Below, piece after piece: positions 1-8,506 of a stretch of 64,000 nt of DNA; the first letter of the stretch is position 1, and each line of letters starts with the position of its first letter. Where the stretch lies: contig CAYYUY010000001.1 in NCBI GenBank assembly GCA_964474995.1, positions 18,123-82,122 on the forward strand. The letters are read 5' to 3'. A program made the translations under genes and the position numbers. The notes below the pieces were generated by a model. That model saw only the letters and a program-made list of their open reading frames with translations, was not told the DNA's origin and made no database searches. This DNA comes from an uncultured Candidatus Saccharibacteria bacterium (GTDB taxonomy: Bacteria > Patescibacteriota > Saccharimonadia > Saccharimonadales > JALRHH01).

Positions 1-648
1 ATTACCTTGTTTCCAGATATGTTCCCAAGTGTACTGAACGCAAGTATGTTGTGGAAAGCCCAAGACCGTGGGGCGGTCAGTTTTGAATATATCGATCTGA
101 GACACTTTGGGCTTGGTAATCGGCGGACGGTTGACGACACACCATATGGTGGCGGTGATGGCATGCTGCTGAAACCAGAGCCACTCGTAGCTGCGATTGA
201 ACAAGCTAAGGCCAACGATCCAGAAGCATTGGTTATTTTGCCAACTCCACGGGGCCAAGTGTATCAACAGTCTGATGCCAAAGAATTCGCCGCCAATGAC
301 AAGGGATTGATTTTTATTTGTCCGCGCTACGAAGGTTATGATGAGCGTGTTACTGCTTGGATTGACCGACAGTACTGTATGGGTAGTTATGTATTAACTG
401 GTGGAGAGTTACCGGTCATGACGATGATTGATAGTATTGTTCGACTACTCCCTGGTGTGTTGGGCGGTGAGGCATCAGTTGAAATTGAATCGTTTCAGCA
501 AGACAATGTCAGTATCGAATTTCCGCAGTACACTCGTCCAGAAGATTTCAGAGGCATGAAAGTACCCGAGGTATTACTGAATGGTCATCATGCCGAGATT
601 GCCAAGTGGCGTGCTCTGCACGCTCGTCCTGCCAAGGGAAAAGAATAG
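1..648 (+). CDS. trmD: tRNA (guanine37-N1)-methyltransferase TrmD, 5' end cut by window edge
   Basis: Frame 1 is open from base 1 (ITLFPDMFPSVL...), so the ORF-track Met at 7 is internal. TrmD hallmarks TLFPxMF, DDTPYGGGDGM and PRYEGYDERV are present. Stop TAG at 646-648. Confidence 0.9.
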   Translation: MTLFPDMFPSVLNASMLWKAQDRGAVSFEYIDLRHFGLGNRRTVDDTPYGGGDGMLLKPEPLVAAIEQAKANDPEALVILPTPRGQVYQQSDAKEFAANDKGLIFICPRYEGYDERVTAWIDRQYCMGSYVLTGGELPVMTMIDSIVRLLPGVLGGEASVEIESFQQDNVSIEFPQYTRPEDFRGMKVPEVLLNGHHAEIAKWRALHARPAKGKE

Positions 649-791
649 CCCGACAGGCGAATTCATTTCGCCGCCGGCGCGATAAGAAAAACCGTAGGTT
701 TGTCTTATGAGGCGAAGCCAAAAATGGCGTGCGCAAAATGCACACAAAGCATAGCGTATAATAATACAGTAAGCAAAGGAGCTACTGTATT

Positions 792-1178
792 ATGAGATTA
801 TTCCCCCGTATCAAGCCCGTCTATGCCCATTGTGATCTGCCATGTGGTATCTATGATCCGGCTCAGGCGCGTATTGAAGCCGAGAGCGTCAAGGCTATGA
901 TGGAAAAGTACGAAGGGCTCGACGAGCATAATAAACTCCGGGCAGTGATTCTTATTGAACAGCGTGCTGAACTTGTGAAGCACCACCTATGGGTCTTATG
1001 GACTGATTATTTCAAACCACCACACCTCGAGAAATACCCCGATTTGCACCAAAAATTCTGGCTTGCCACTAAGCAGGCGGGTGAGTGTAAGCATCATATG
1101 GACATAGCGGAAGCAGATAAATTACTTGCTCAAATCGATGAAATTGCCACGATATTTTGGGAAACCAAGAAGCCATAA
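792..1178 (+). CDS. sodN: Nickel-containing superoxide dismutase (NiSOD) precursor
   Basis: After a 12-aa propeptide (MRLFPRIKPVYA) the sequence reads HCDLPCGIYDP. This is the Ni-hook (His1, Cys2, Cys6) that defines NiSOD. AAGGAG Shine-Dalgarno at 776-781. Confidence 0.92.
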   Translation: MRLFPRIKPVYAHCDLPCGIYDPAQARIEAESVKAMMEKYEGLDEHNKLRAVILIEQRAELVKHHLWVLWTDYFKPPHLEKYPDLHQKFWLATKQAGECKHHMDIAEADKLLAQIDEIATIFWETKKP

Positions 1179-1476
1179 ATTGAGCTGGCCGCTGCTCATC
1201 CGCAGAGTTACTGGACATAGTATGGTGCCGGTACTGCCTCCTGGCACACTGATAGTGGGGCTTCGTTGGTTCCATAGTTTGCATGCTGGCCAGGTCGTTG
1301 TGGCCCAGTATAACGATAAAGAGATTATCAAGCGCCTAGAGTCGGTAACGGCTGATTCAGTCTTCCTACTTGGTGACCATCCCGAGACGAGCACGGATAG
1401 TCGGCATTTTGGCACATTGCCTAAAAGCGAAATTATCGCAAAAGTCATATTCCCGAGTACGCAAAAACCACTGTAG
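1138..1476 (+). CDS. sodX: NiSOD maturation protease SodX (S26 signal-peptidase-like)
   Basis: GHSMVPVLPPG matches the S26 Ser-nucleophile motif (SMxPTL) and lies directly downstream of sodN. The start is uncertain: in-frame TTG 1126, ATG 1138 or TTG 1180 (just after the sodN stop). Confidence 0.72.
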   Translation: MKLPRYFGKPRSHKLSWPLLIRRVTGHSMVPVLPPGTLIVGLRWFHSLHAGQVVVAQYNDKEIIKRLESVTADSVFLLGDHPETSTDSRHFGTLPKSEIIAKVIFPSTQKPL

Positions 1477-1494
1477 GGTTGCGCGTGGTGCTAA

Positions 1495-2688
1495 TTAGGC
1501 TTTTGGAGGCTTAGGGCTGCAGATGGGACATTGGTCTTCTTCGACTGATTCTGCCATCCAGCGTTTTGAGGCAATCTTCCATGGCTCATAGTCATGATAT
1601 GCAATTAAGTCAGCCGCTCGCCGAAGAAACCAGCTCAGGCGGCCGTAAATGCGTACTGGACCCCAGAGTGTTGCTGCCCATGACGGACCGGCCGGCAAGA
1701 CATATATCGGTTTTTTGGCGACATATGGCACGGCATCTTTGTTGTTTGCGAGTCGCTTAAGATTTTTGGCAACATATTTACCGTCGTAGAGTGCTGTCTG
1801 GGCTACGCCGCTGTACGCAGTGTCAGCATTGTCACCAATAACGTAAATACCAGCCTCGGTTTGTAGGAATTGATCAACCCTAACCTTACCAGTGTGAGTT
1901 AGTTGAAATTGCTGTTCAGTAAAAAATGGATGATTGGCGACACCAGCCGTCCAGATAACGGTGTGGCTGCGAATCGGCTTGTTATTAGCCATCAACGCAT
2001 CAGCTGTCTGTGCTTGAACTGCAGTCTTTAGGTAGATTTTGATACCAAGTTTTCGGAGGTGCTTGGCGATTCGGCGTGAGACATCTTTTGGCATCCGTGG
2101 GACGAGACGTGGGGCGGCTTCGATAAGATCAACATGTACGGCGCGGCGCGGCAGTCCGTGCTGCTTGATAATCTGTCGAATATACGCAGGAAGTGCCCCA
2201 GCTAGTTCAATGCCAGTTGGGCCACCGCCGATTACGACGTAGTTTAGATCAGGGCGCTTATCATCAAGTAGTTGTTGGTGAAGATGTTGCTTCAATTCTT
2301 CTGCATCCAAAACGGATTTGATGCCGTATGAATATTCAGGCAAGCCCTCGATGTGGAAATAATTGGTTTTGACACCAAGACTAAGAATGAGTGCGTCATA
2401 GTGGACTATGTGGCCAACAGCAGTTGTAATGGTGCGGTCCTGACGATTGAGGCCTGTTACGCTATCCTGAATAATATTGACAGATGTGCCGGCAAATAGT
2501 TCGGTCAGTGGCACGCTCGCCAAGCGACGAGCGCCACCGGTTGATACGCGGTATAGTGCTGAATACACTCGAAAATCAGTATGGTCACTGATGACCGTTA
2601 CATGAAATCGATGGTCCTTAGCAAGCTCGAGGGCAGCCTTCAGACCACCAAAGCCCCCACCTGCGATAACGATCTTGTGTTTACTCAA
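1495..2688 (-). CDS. ndh: Type II NADH dehydrogenase (NDH-2), FAD-dependent pyridine nucleotide-disulfide oxidoreductase
   Basis: N-terminal KIVIAGGGFGGLKAALEL and a second dinucleotide fold VVIGGGPTGIELAG. The start codon is TTG (plus-strand caa at 2686-2688), preceded by AAGGAA. Confidence 0.85.
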   Translation of the reverse strand: MSKHKIVIAGGGFGGLKAALELAKDHRFHVTVISDHTDFRVYSALYRVSTGGARRLASVPLTELFAGTSVNIIQDSVTGLNRQDRTITTAVGHIVHYDALILSLGVKTNYFHIEGLPEYSYGIKSVLDAEELKQHLHQQLLDDKRPDLNYVVIGGGPTGIELAGALPAYIRQIIKQHGLPRRAVHVDLIEAAPRLVPRMPKDVSRRIAKHLRKLGIKIYLKTAVQAQTADALMANNKPIRSHTVIWTAGVANHPFFTEQQFQLTHTGKVRVDQFLQTEAGIYVIGDNADTAYSGVAQTALYDGKYVAKNLKRLANNKDAVPYVAKKPIYVLPAGPSWAATLWGPVRIYGRLSWFLRRAADLIAYHDYEPWKIASKRWMAESVEEDQCPICSPKPPKA

Positions 2689-2794
2689 TTTTGTTCCTTA
2701 AATTAGTGAGCTAATTAGCTTCATACTACCATAAATGCTTATGTTTATGCGATACTTAGAGATAAGTAGTATTATCTAACGCACAAGGTTGGGC

Positions 2795-4456
2795 ATGGAC
2801 GCATTCCTCAAAGAATTAAAATCAAAATTTAAGGGCGAAATCGAAACGGACATGACGACTCGTGAATTCTACAGTCACGATGCCAGTATGTTTGAGATCA
2901 TACCGCAAGCTGTACTTGCACCTGAGGATGCTGCCGACGTTCAGACGCTCATCAAACTAGTTACCAAGCATAAGTCGGCTATACCAACATTATCGGTGAC
3001 TGCTCGTAGTGCAGGGACTGACATGGCCGGCGGAGCTATTAATGATTCGTTAATTATTGATTTCAATCGCCATTTAACCGCTATTCAGGAAGTCTCACCT
3101 GTCGAAGCTCATGCGCAACCTGGAGTGTTTTATCGTGATTTTGAAAAAGCCACACTAGAGCACAAAGCATTAATGCCATCATATCCAGCATCACGTGAAC
3201 TCTGTACGATTGGTGGTATGGTCAACAATAACTCAGGTGGAGAGAAGTCACTTGAGTATGGCAAGACAAAGGACTTTATCAATGAGCTGAAGGTCGTGTT
3301 TGCTGATGGTAATGAATACATCGTAAAGCCACTGAACGAGAAAGAGTTAAAAGCCAAGATTGCCCAGAAAGATTACGAAGGTACTATCTACAAACGTGTG
3401 TATGATCTTTGCGAAGAAAACTATGACGTTATCAAGGCTGCGACGCCAGAGGTCAGCAAAAACTCAATGGGTTACACGCTTTGGGAAGTGTGGGACCGCG
3501 AAACGGGTATTTTTGATCTGACCAAACTTATTGTTGGTTCTGAAGGTACGCTTGGGATGTTGACGGATATTAAGTTCCGCCTCATACCAGCTCGCGCTCA
3601 CTCAGGACTACTGGTGTTATTCCTCAAGAATATCGATGATCTTGGCGAGCTTATCCCAGCCGTACTCAAACACAAGCCAGCAACCTTTGAATCATTTGAT
3701 GATGCCACGCTTTGGCTGTCGATACGCTTTATGCCAAGCTTCTTGAAAATATTGGGCGTCAAGCGGTTCATACATCTACTAATTACACTGATTCCTGATG
3801 GATTGCAGTTACTCCGAGGCATCCCAAAGTTGGTGCTCATGATCGAGTTTAATGGTGATAGTGAACAAGAGGTTCGTGATAAGGTCCGTGCTATGCACAA
3901 AGATCTTGCCAAGCACCGTGCTCGCTACGAAATTAATGGTTTTGAAGAAGACGCTACCGAAGGCAAATCCGAAAAATTCTGGATCATGCGTCGCAATAGC
4001 TTCCAGATTCTCAGAAGTAAGGTTAAAGACAAGCACACGGCACCATTTATTGATGATTTCATCGTACCGCCAAAATACTTGGTAGATTTTTTGCCGCAAT
4101 TGCAGCAGATTATCAAGAAGTACAAGCTATTTGCGACCATTGCCGGACACATGGGTGACGGCAACTTCCACGTTATTCCCTTGATGAAATTTGAAGATCC
4201 AAAAGAGCGAGCCAAGATTCAGCCAGCGCAGAAGGAAGTTAACGAGCTGGTGTTGAAGTATCATGGCAGTCTGAGTGGCGAGCATAATGATGGACTTGTT
4301 CGTGGGCCATGGATTGAGCAACAGTTTGGCAAAGAAGTCACTGGGCTACTTCGTGAAGTTAAGTACATTTTTGATCCACAAAACATTTTCAATCCGCACA
4401 AAAAAACAGATGCGAACTGGGAATATTCTATGTCGCATCTTCGCGAACATTTCTAG
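2795..4456 (+). CDS. FAD-linked oxidase (GlcD / D-lactate dehydrogenase-like)
   Basis: FAD_binding_4-type N-terminus (VTARSAGTDMAGG ... GGMVNNNSGGEKS) and an oxidase C-terminal region (GSLSGEHNDGLVR). I chose ATG 2795, which has AAGG 6 nt upstream, over the track's TTG at 2789. Confidence 0.8.
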   Translation: MDAFLKELKSKFKGEIETDMTTREFYSHDASMFEIIPQAVLAPEDAADVQTLIKLVTKHKSAIPTLSVTARSAGTDMAGGAINDSLIIDFNRHLTAIQEVSPVEAHAQPGVFYRDFEKATLEHKALMPSYPASRELCTIGGMVNNNSGGEKSLEYGKTKDFINELKVVFADGNEYIVKPLNEKELKAKIAQKDYEGTIYKRVYDLCEENYDVIKAATPEVSKNSMGYTLWEVWDRETGIFDLTKLIVGSEGTLGMLTDIKFRLIPARAHSGLLVLFLKNIDDLGELIPAVLKHKPATFESFDDATLWLSIRFMPSFLKILGVKRFIHLLITLIPDGLQLLRGIPKLVLMIEFNGDSEQEVRDKVRAMHKDLAKHRARYEINGFEEDATEGKSEKFWIMRRNSFQILRSKVKDKHTAPFIDDFIVPPKYLVDFLPQLQQIIKKYKLFATIAGHMGDGNFHVIPLMKFEDPKERAKIQPAQKEVNELVLKYHGSLSGEHNDGLVRGPWIEQQFGKEVTGLLREVKYIFDPQNIFNPHKKTDANWEYSMSHLREHF

Positions 4457-4462
4457 ATATAC

Positions 4463-5059
4463 TTATTTATCAGACTTTGTAATTTTGCGTAGCAATTGAG
4501 GATGGTACGGAATCGCTGTCAGAGCTAGGGTCCCAATGAGGCCTACTGCCCAGGCGATGACGCTGAGTTGTAGTTGTTGATTTTCTTCGTGCTCGATTTC
4601 GCGTAAGTTTTTGCCAGCCAACACAAATCCCGCATGCTTGGAATTTTGGTAGTACCGGACAACAACTGCAACCCGGACGTTCTTCTGGGGTTGCCAAGTA
4701 ATGCGATCTTCACCATGTTTCTGCGCGTAGTCGTAAACACCGCGTGGCAAGCTCGGTAGTTGATCATTCAGTCGTCCCGTACCGTCGGCTGCCCGGCCGT
4801 TGCTATCATATAGAATCACAAACGGCGCCACGCTACTGGCAATATCGATTGATTGACCGGATAGCTGGGCGCTTGGGTTTTTATTGTTAAATAGATCAGT
4901 TGCCAGATTTTCAGCAAGATAGATCTGTGGATCGTTTGCTGCAGTTCGGATGTGTTGCTGTATGGTGCCATATATAAAGCCAATAAGAAGTGTGATTGTA
5001 AATGCATAGGGGAGCCAAGCAATAAGATGTTTTTTGCTGGCGGGGTGTATCGAAATCAT
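4463..5059 (-). CDS. Hypothetical membrane protein: TM - about 130-aa extracytoplasmic domain - TM (sensor-domain-like topology)
   Basis: Hydrophobic segments near residues 13-32 and 162-182. Last gene of the co-directional run 7483->4463. It has its own TATACT box 6 nt upstream of the ATG. Confidence 0.6.
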   Translation of the reverse strand: MISIHPASKKHLIAWLPYAFTITLLIGFIYGTIQQHIRTAANDPQIYLAENLATDLFNNKNPSAQLSGQSIDIASSVAPFVILYDSNGRAADGTGRLNDQLPSLPRGVYDYAQKHGEDRITWQPQKNVRVAVVVRYYQNSKHAGFVLAGKNLREIEHEENQQLQLSVIAWAVGLIGTLALTAIPYHPQLLRKITKSDK

Positions 5060-5065
5060 GAGTGT

Positions 5066-5071
5066 AGTATA
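5066..5071 (-). promoter_or_regulatory. -10 box TATACT, 6 nt upstream of ATG 5059
   Basis: The minus strand reads GGCGTATACT-ACACTC-ATG. Confidence 0.5.
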
Positions 5072-5080
5072 CGCCTGTTA

Positions 5081-6088
5081 TTAGTTGTGATTTTCAAGTA
5101 GGGCATTATAGTTGGCGACTTCATAGTTGTATTCATTACGTATGCTCTGACAGCTTGTAAGCGCTGCGTTGATATCTTGTTCTTCGAAGATGTCATTTTG
5201 CTTATATGCATCCTGTCTTTTTTTGGCAGCTGCTTGGCACTGTGCGTACGATTTGGCGAGTACTTGGGTTTTTGTGAACTGGGCCTGTTCGGCCTTATCG
5301 GGCGAAAATGGTCGCTGTGCGTAGATGAATAATCCAAGACCGCAGACGAGCGCTACAACCGTGCTACTCATTACGAGCCTCAAGGCTGTTCGGTGAGTTT
5401 TTTGATTGGCTTGCCTGATGACTTGCGGCGCACTTCGGGGTTTAACAGCTTGGTGTTGGTAATATGGTGGCATAAGTTGACCAGCGTTTTTGGATAACTG
5501 TGCCATGACTATCTTTCCGTCTTGACTCGATGCATGGCAAAAACTTGAAAAGAGGCGAGCGTAGCTTGCTGCCGAATAGGCCTCAAGTACCTGGAAGTGG
5601 GGTTGCTGTTTTTTTATACCGTGGTGCCACCACCCCAATGTTGTGGGTCGTTCCGCGATACCATTTAGGATGATTACTCCTAAGCCACTTTCGATTGATG
5701 CGGTTTCGGCAAGCGTTTGGGGTGCATGTTGCTTCAATCGTCGCTCCAGACAGTGCTGCAGGACAACTAATGTCAAACTACTAGCAAGCTGATAAGGATG
5801 TGCCAAAAGCCCCCGAGGCACTCGTATCGTGCTATCAGTCTGTTCAACCACATTGCTTTCGACGAGTGTGACATGAATTTTTGTCGGCTTTGAACCCAAC
5901 CATTGATAGATCTCCCGAATCGCATGCACAATACCTTCCTCGGTCGACAATTGATTATAGAAACTCGTCGTTGGCTTGAAGAGCACATTACGATGAGGTA
6001 GTCGGTGGAGTAACGTCTCCTCGAGTAGCGCTTGTTCATCTTCTCGTGATAACAGCTCACCAACATCCGGTACGGTCACATTATGCAT
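5081..6088 (-). CDS. Hypothetical protein: about 240-aa cytoplasmic domain, one TM, coiled C-terminal tail
   Basis: Long ORF with no family motif I recognise. TM segment at LVMSSTVVALVCGLGLFIY. Lies 36 nt downstream of the HAD-kinase gene. Confidence 0.6.
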   Translation of the reverse strand: MHNVTVPDVGELLSREDEQALLEETLLHRLPHRNVLFKPTTSFYNQLSTEEGIVHAIREIYQWLGSKPTKIHVTLVESNVVEQTDSTIRVPRGLLAHPYQLASSLTLVVLQHCLERRLKQHAPQTLAETASIESGLGVIILNGIAERPTTLGWWHHGIKKQQPHFQVLEAYSAASYARLFSSFCHASSQDGKIVMAQLSKNAGQLMPPYYQHQAVKPRSAPQVIRQANQKTHRTALRLVMSSTVVALVCGLGLFIYAQRPFSPDKAEQAQFTKTQVLAKSYAQCQAAAKKRQDAYKQNDIFEEQDINAALTSCQSIRNEYNYEVANYNALLENHN

Positions 6089-6124
6089 ATGCTTTGTATT
6101 GTACCGTACGTGCAGGCCGTATGC

Positions 6125-7483
6125 TTAGATAAACTTTTGGCTGCGCTGATGGATATCGGTGATGAGGTTTGGGTTGTGGTGTTTCATTGCTGCCCGGGTG
6201 AACCATGAGAGGTTATTTATATGGAGCTCATTGAGGGTCAGTGTGAACGTTTTTTTATCAAGCGCAGTGTGTGCTGCCATGAGTGCATGGTTTGGTCCAA
6301 TGAGTATAGCCGTTGATATCAGGAGCTCTACGTTGTCTCGTAGCTGGTTCGCAAGCGGTGCAGCGGTAGTGGCAAAGTCAAAATTTGTCAGCCACGGCTG
6401 GCCTTTTGTATCAATGACAATGTTCCTAAGATTACAATCACCGTGTGCAATTTTTGCACGATGCAGAAGACTCACTTCTTTCCATATTGATCCAAGTAGT
6501 TGCTGCGTAACACGTTTGAGTGGCAGCATATCAACCGTACTGCCATCAATAGTTTTGGTTGCAAGGCCGAACCGATAATCTCCCAGATCTAGCACTCCAA
6601 GGATGGCTGGGGTGTGTACTGCCCCGTCGCGAGCCTGTTGCATAATATATGCTTCATGTTCCAAGATGTGTTTTGCACCAAAATAAGGTGCTGCTTCACC
6701 GTTCCATGAAGGGTATAGATAGCGCCAAAGCCGTTGTATCCAGTTGGTAGTGCTACGCCAACGGTTGAGTACTTTTATCGAGACGGACTGTTTGGCTCCA
6801 TACGTAATGAACAGGAGCGCGCCGCTCGGTAGTCGTACTGGTTTACTCATCACGCCTGATTTGATGCCAAGCTTGTGCAGCCCACTACGGATGTAGTCGG
6901 GGGTTGAGCGGACGTCATTACTTTTAATATGTATTGCTTCGGCAAGCGTACGATATTCACGCCAACGTGCCAAAAATAAATAATCGAACCAGTAATCACG
7001 ACCGCGCCGTTTAACGAGCACGGTGTAGATACCAAGTCGGTTTGCGCCGGCGACGTCAAGGCGTACCTTATCGCCAATCATCACGGTCGTTTTGGGGTCT
7101 GCGCCAAGCTCTTCCAGTACACGTGCATAAAACATAGGATTTGGTTTTCTGATCATGTGAAGGCCATGCCAAAATGGTTGAAAAATGCGAGCCTGGAGCG
7201 GCTCTGCATAACGTGACAAGTTACGATTGTTATTACTGACGATATTAATTGACTGGAATGTCTTTTTTTGCGCCAAAGTTGCAAAAAAATCAACCACTTC
7301 AGTGTCGAGTTTCCGTGAATACGCTTGTCTGAGTGTCTGGTCAAGATCCATAAGTAAGTGTTTGATACCAATTGAGCGTAGCAGCTCAAAGTCTACCTCA
7401 AGAATTCCGTCTGCTACAAAGTCAGGTAAATAAGGAGATATTTTAACTTTGTCGGTTGTTTCGTTATACCCAACTGCTCTCAT
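6125..7483 (-). CDS. Fusion protein: HAD-IIIA (YqeG/GEP4-like) phosphatase domain + protein-kinase-like (Kdo/RIO/APH-type) domain
   Basis: The N-terminal half has HAD motifs (LLMDLDQTL, IVSNN, GDKVRLDVAGANRLG). The C-terminal half has the kinase catalytic loop HGDCNLRNIVI and the metal-binding NFDFA (DFG-like). Confidence 0.75.
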   Translation of the reverse strand: MRAVGYNETTDKVKISPYLPDFVADGILEVDFELLRSIGIKHLLMDLDQTLRQAYSRKLDTEVVDFFATLAQKKTFQSINIVSNNNRNLSRYAEPLQARIFQPFWHGLHMIRKPNPMFYARVLEELGADPKTTVMIGDKVRLDVAGANRLGIYTVLVKRRGRDYWFDYLFLARWREYRTLAEAIHIKSNDVRSTPDYIRSGLHKLGIKSGVMSKPVRLPSGALLFITYGAKQSVSIKVLNRWRSTTNWIQRLWRYLYPSWNGEAAPYFGAKHILEHEAYIMQQARDGAVHTPAILGVLDLGDYRFGLATKTIDGSTVDMLPLKRVTQQLLGSIWKEVSLLHRAKIAHGDCNLRNIVIDTKGQPWLTNFDFATTAAPLANQLRDNVELLISTAILIGPNHALMAAHTALDKKTFTLTLNELHINNLSWFTRAAMKHHNPNLITDIHQRSQKFI

Positions 7484-7490
7484 GGTATCT

Positions 7491-7496
7491 ATTGTA
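7491..7496 (-). promoter_or_regulatory. -10 box TACAAT, 7 nt upstream of ATG 7483
   Basis: The minus strand reads TCATTACAAT-AGATACC-ATG. Confidence 0.55.
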
Positions 7497-7597
7497 ATGA
7501 CTTGCCTGAAATGTACCAGGATAATGAGCTTTATAAGGCGTGCGATGGGCCGTATACTAGTAAATAAGTGAATAATACAAAAGCATAGGAGCAGTCA

Positions 7598-8506
7598 GTG
7601 GACAACGGTTTATTTTCTTTGAGCCAGTCTTGGGATGAGGCATTTTCGAGTTTCGCATCTTTACGGTGGGTTGTTGTTGTACTCGTGGCAGTCGCTATTA
7701 CGATTGTTGTTAATCGATTATTACGTTGGATAATTCCACCAATTGTTAAAGTTGTTGCACAGCGTGCTGATAATACAAATAACACGCAGAAAATAATGGG
7801 TTGGCGGCGTATCGAGACATTCTTGGGCATTATCCTCGCTGCAACAAAAGTCGTGGTGTTCCTGATAGCAGTGTATGTCGTCTGGAGAACACTCAATCCG
7901 CACAGTGCGCCTGTGGCAGTGGTAGGTGCGAGTGCGTTATTTGCAGTCTTAGCGGGTGCGACGATTGCTCCATTACTACGTGACCTTACCAACGGTATGA
8001 TTATGATTGCCGAGCGTTGGTATAACGTCGGAGATCATATTTCACTTGAGCCATTTGTGGATGTCAGTGGTGTCGTAGAGAGCGTGACGCTCCGCTCAAC
8101 GCAGCTTCGTAGCTTGAAGGGTGAAATCATCATGGTACATAACCAACACATTCAAGGCGTACGTATTGCACCCCGAGGTGTTCGTACGCTGGCGCTTGAT
8201 GTGTTTGTCACAGACCCCGACAAGGGTAAGGCAATGGTGGAGACAGCTATCTCGGCATTACCAGCGGGAGCAACAATGGTAGCAAAGAAAGTTAAGATCA
8301 CTGATACCGAGAAACTTGGTGATGGTTTATGGCGTATTAGCGCAAGTGGTCAGACGCCTCCAGGTCGCGAGTGGCTCATTGAAGATTTTGCTGTCCACGC
8401 AATTAAGCAGAATGATGTTGATAAGGTGATAATGTACGGACCAATTGTGCATTACGCTGACGAAAGTGCCGAAAGACGATTTAAGCGTTCAGTTCGCGCT
8501 GACTAA
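7598..8506 (+). CDS. Small-conductance mechanosensitive channel (MscS family)
   Basis: Three N-terminal TM segments followed by the MscS beta-domain signature (YNVGDHISLEPFVDVSGVVESVTLRSTQLRSLKGEIIMVHN). GTG start preceded by AGGAG. Confidence 0.85.
   Translation: MDNGLFSLSQSWDEAFSSFASLRWVVVVLVAVAITIVVNRLLRWIIPPIVKVVAQRADNTNNTQKIMGWRRIETFLGIILAATKVVVFLIAVYVVWRTLNPHSAPVAVVGASALFAVLAGATIAPLLRDLTNGMIMIAERWYNVGDHISLEPFVDVSGVVESVTLRSTQLRSLKGEIIMVHNQHIQGVRIAPRGVRTLALDVFVTDPDKGKAMVETAISALPAGATMVAKKVKITDTEKLGDGLWRISASGQTPPGREWLIEDFAVHAIKQNDVDKVIMYGPIVHYADESAERRFKRSVRAD

Noticed and set aside
757-762. TATAAT upstream of sodN as a confident promoter
   Set aside because: The hexamer is perfect, but no TG extension or recognisable -35 sits at 16-18 nt. 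I kept it only as a possibility and did not list it as a feature.
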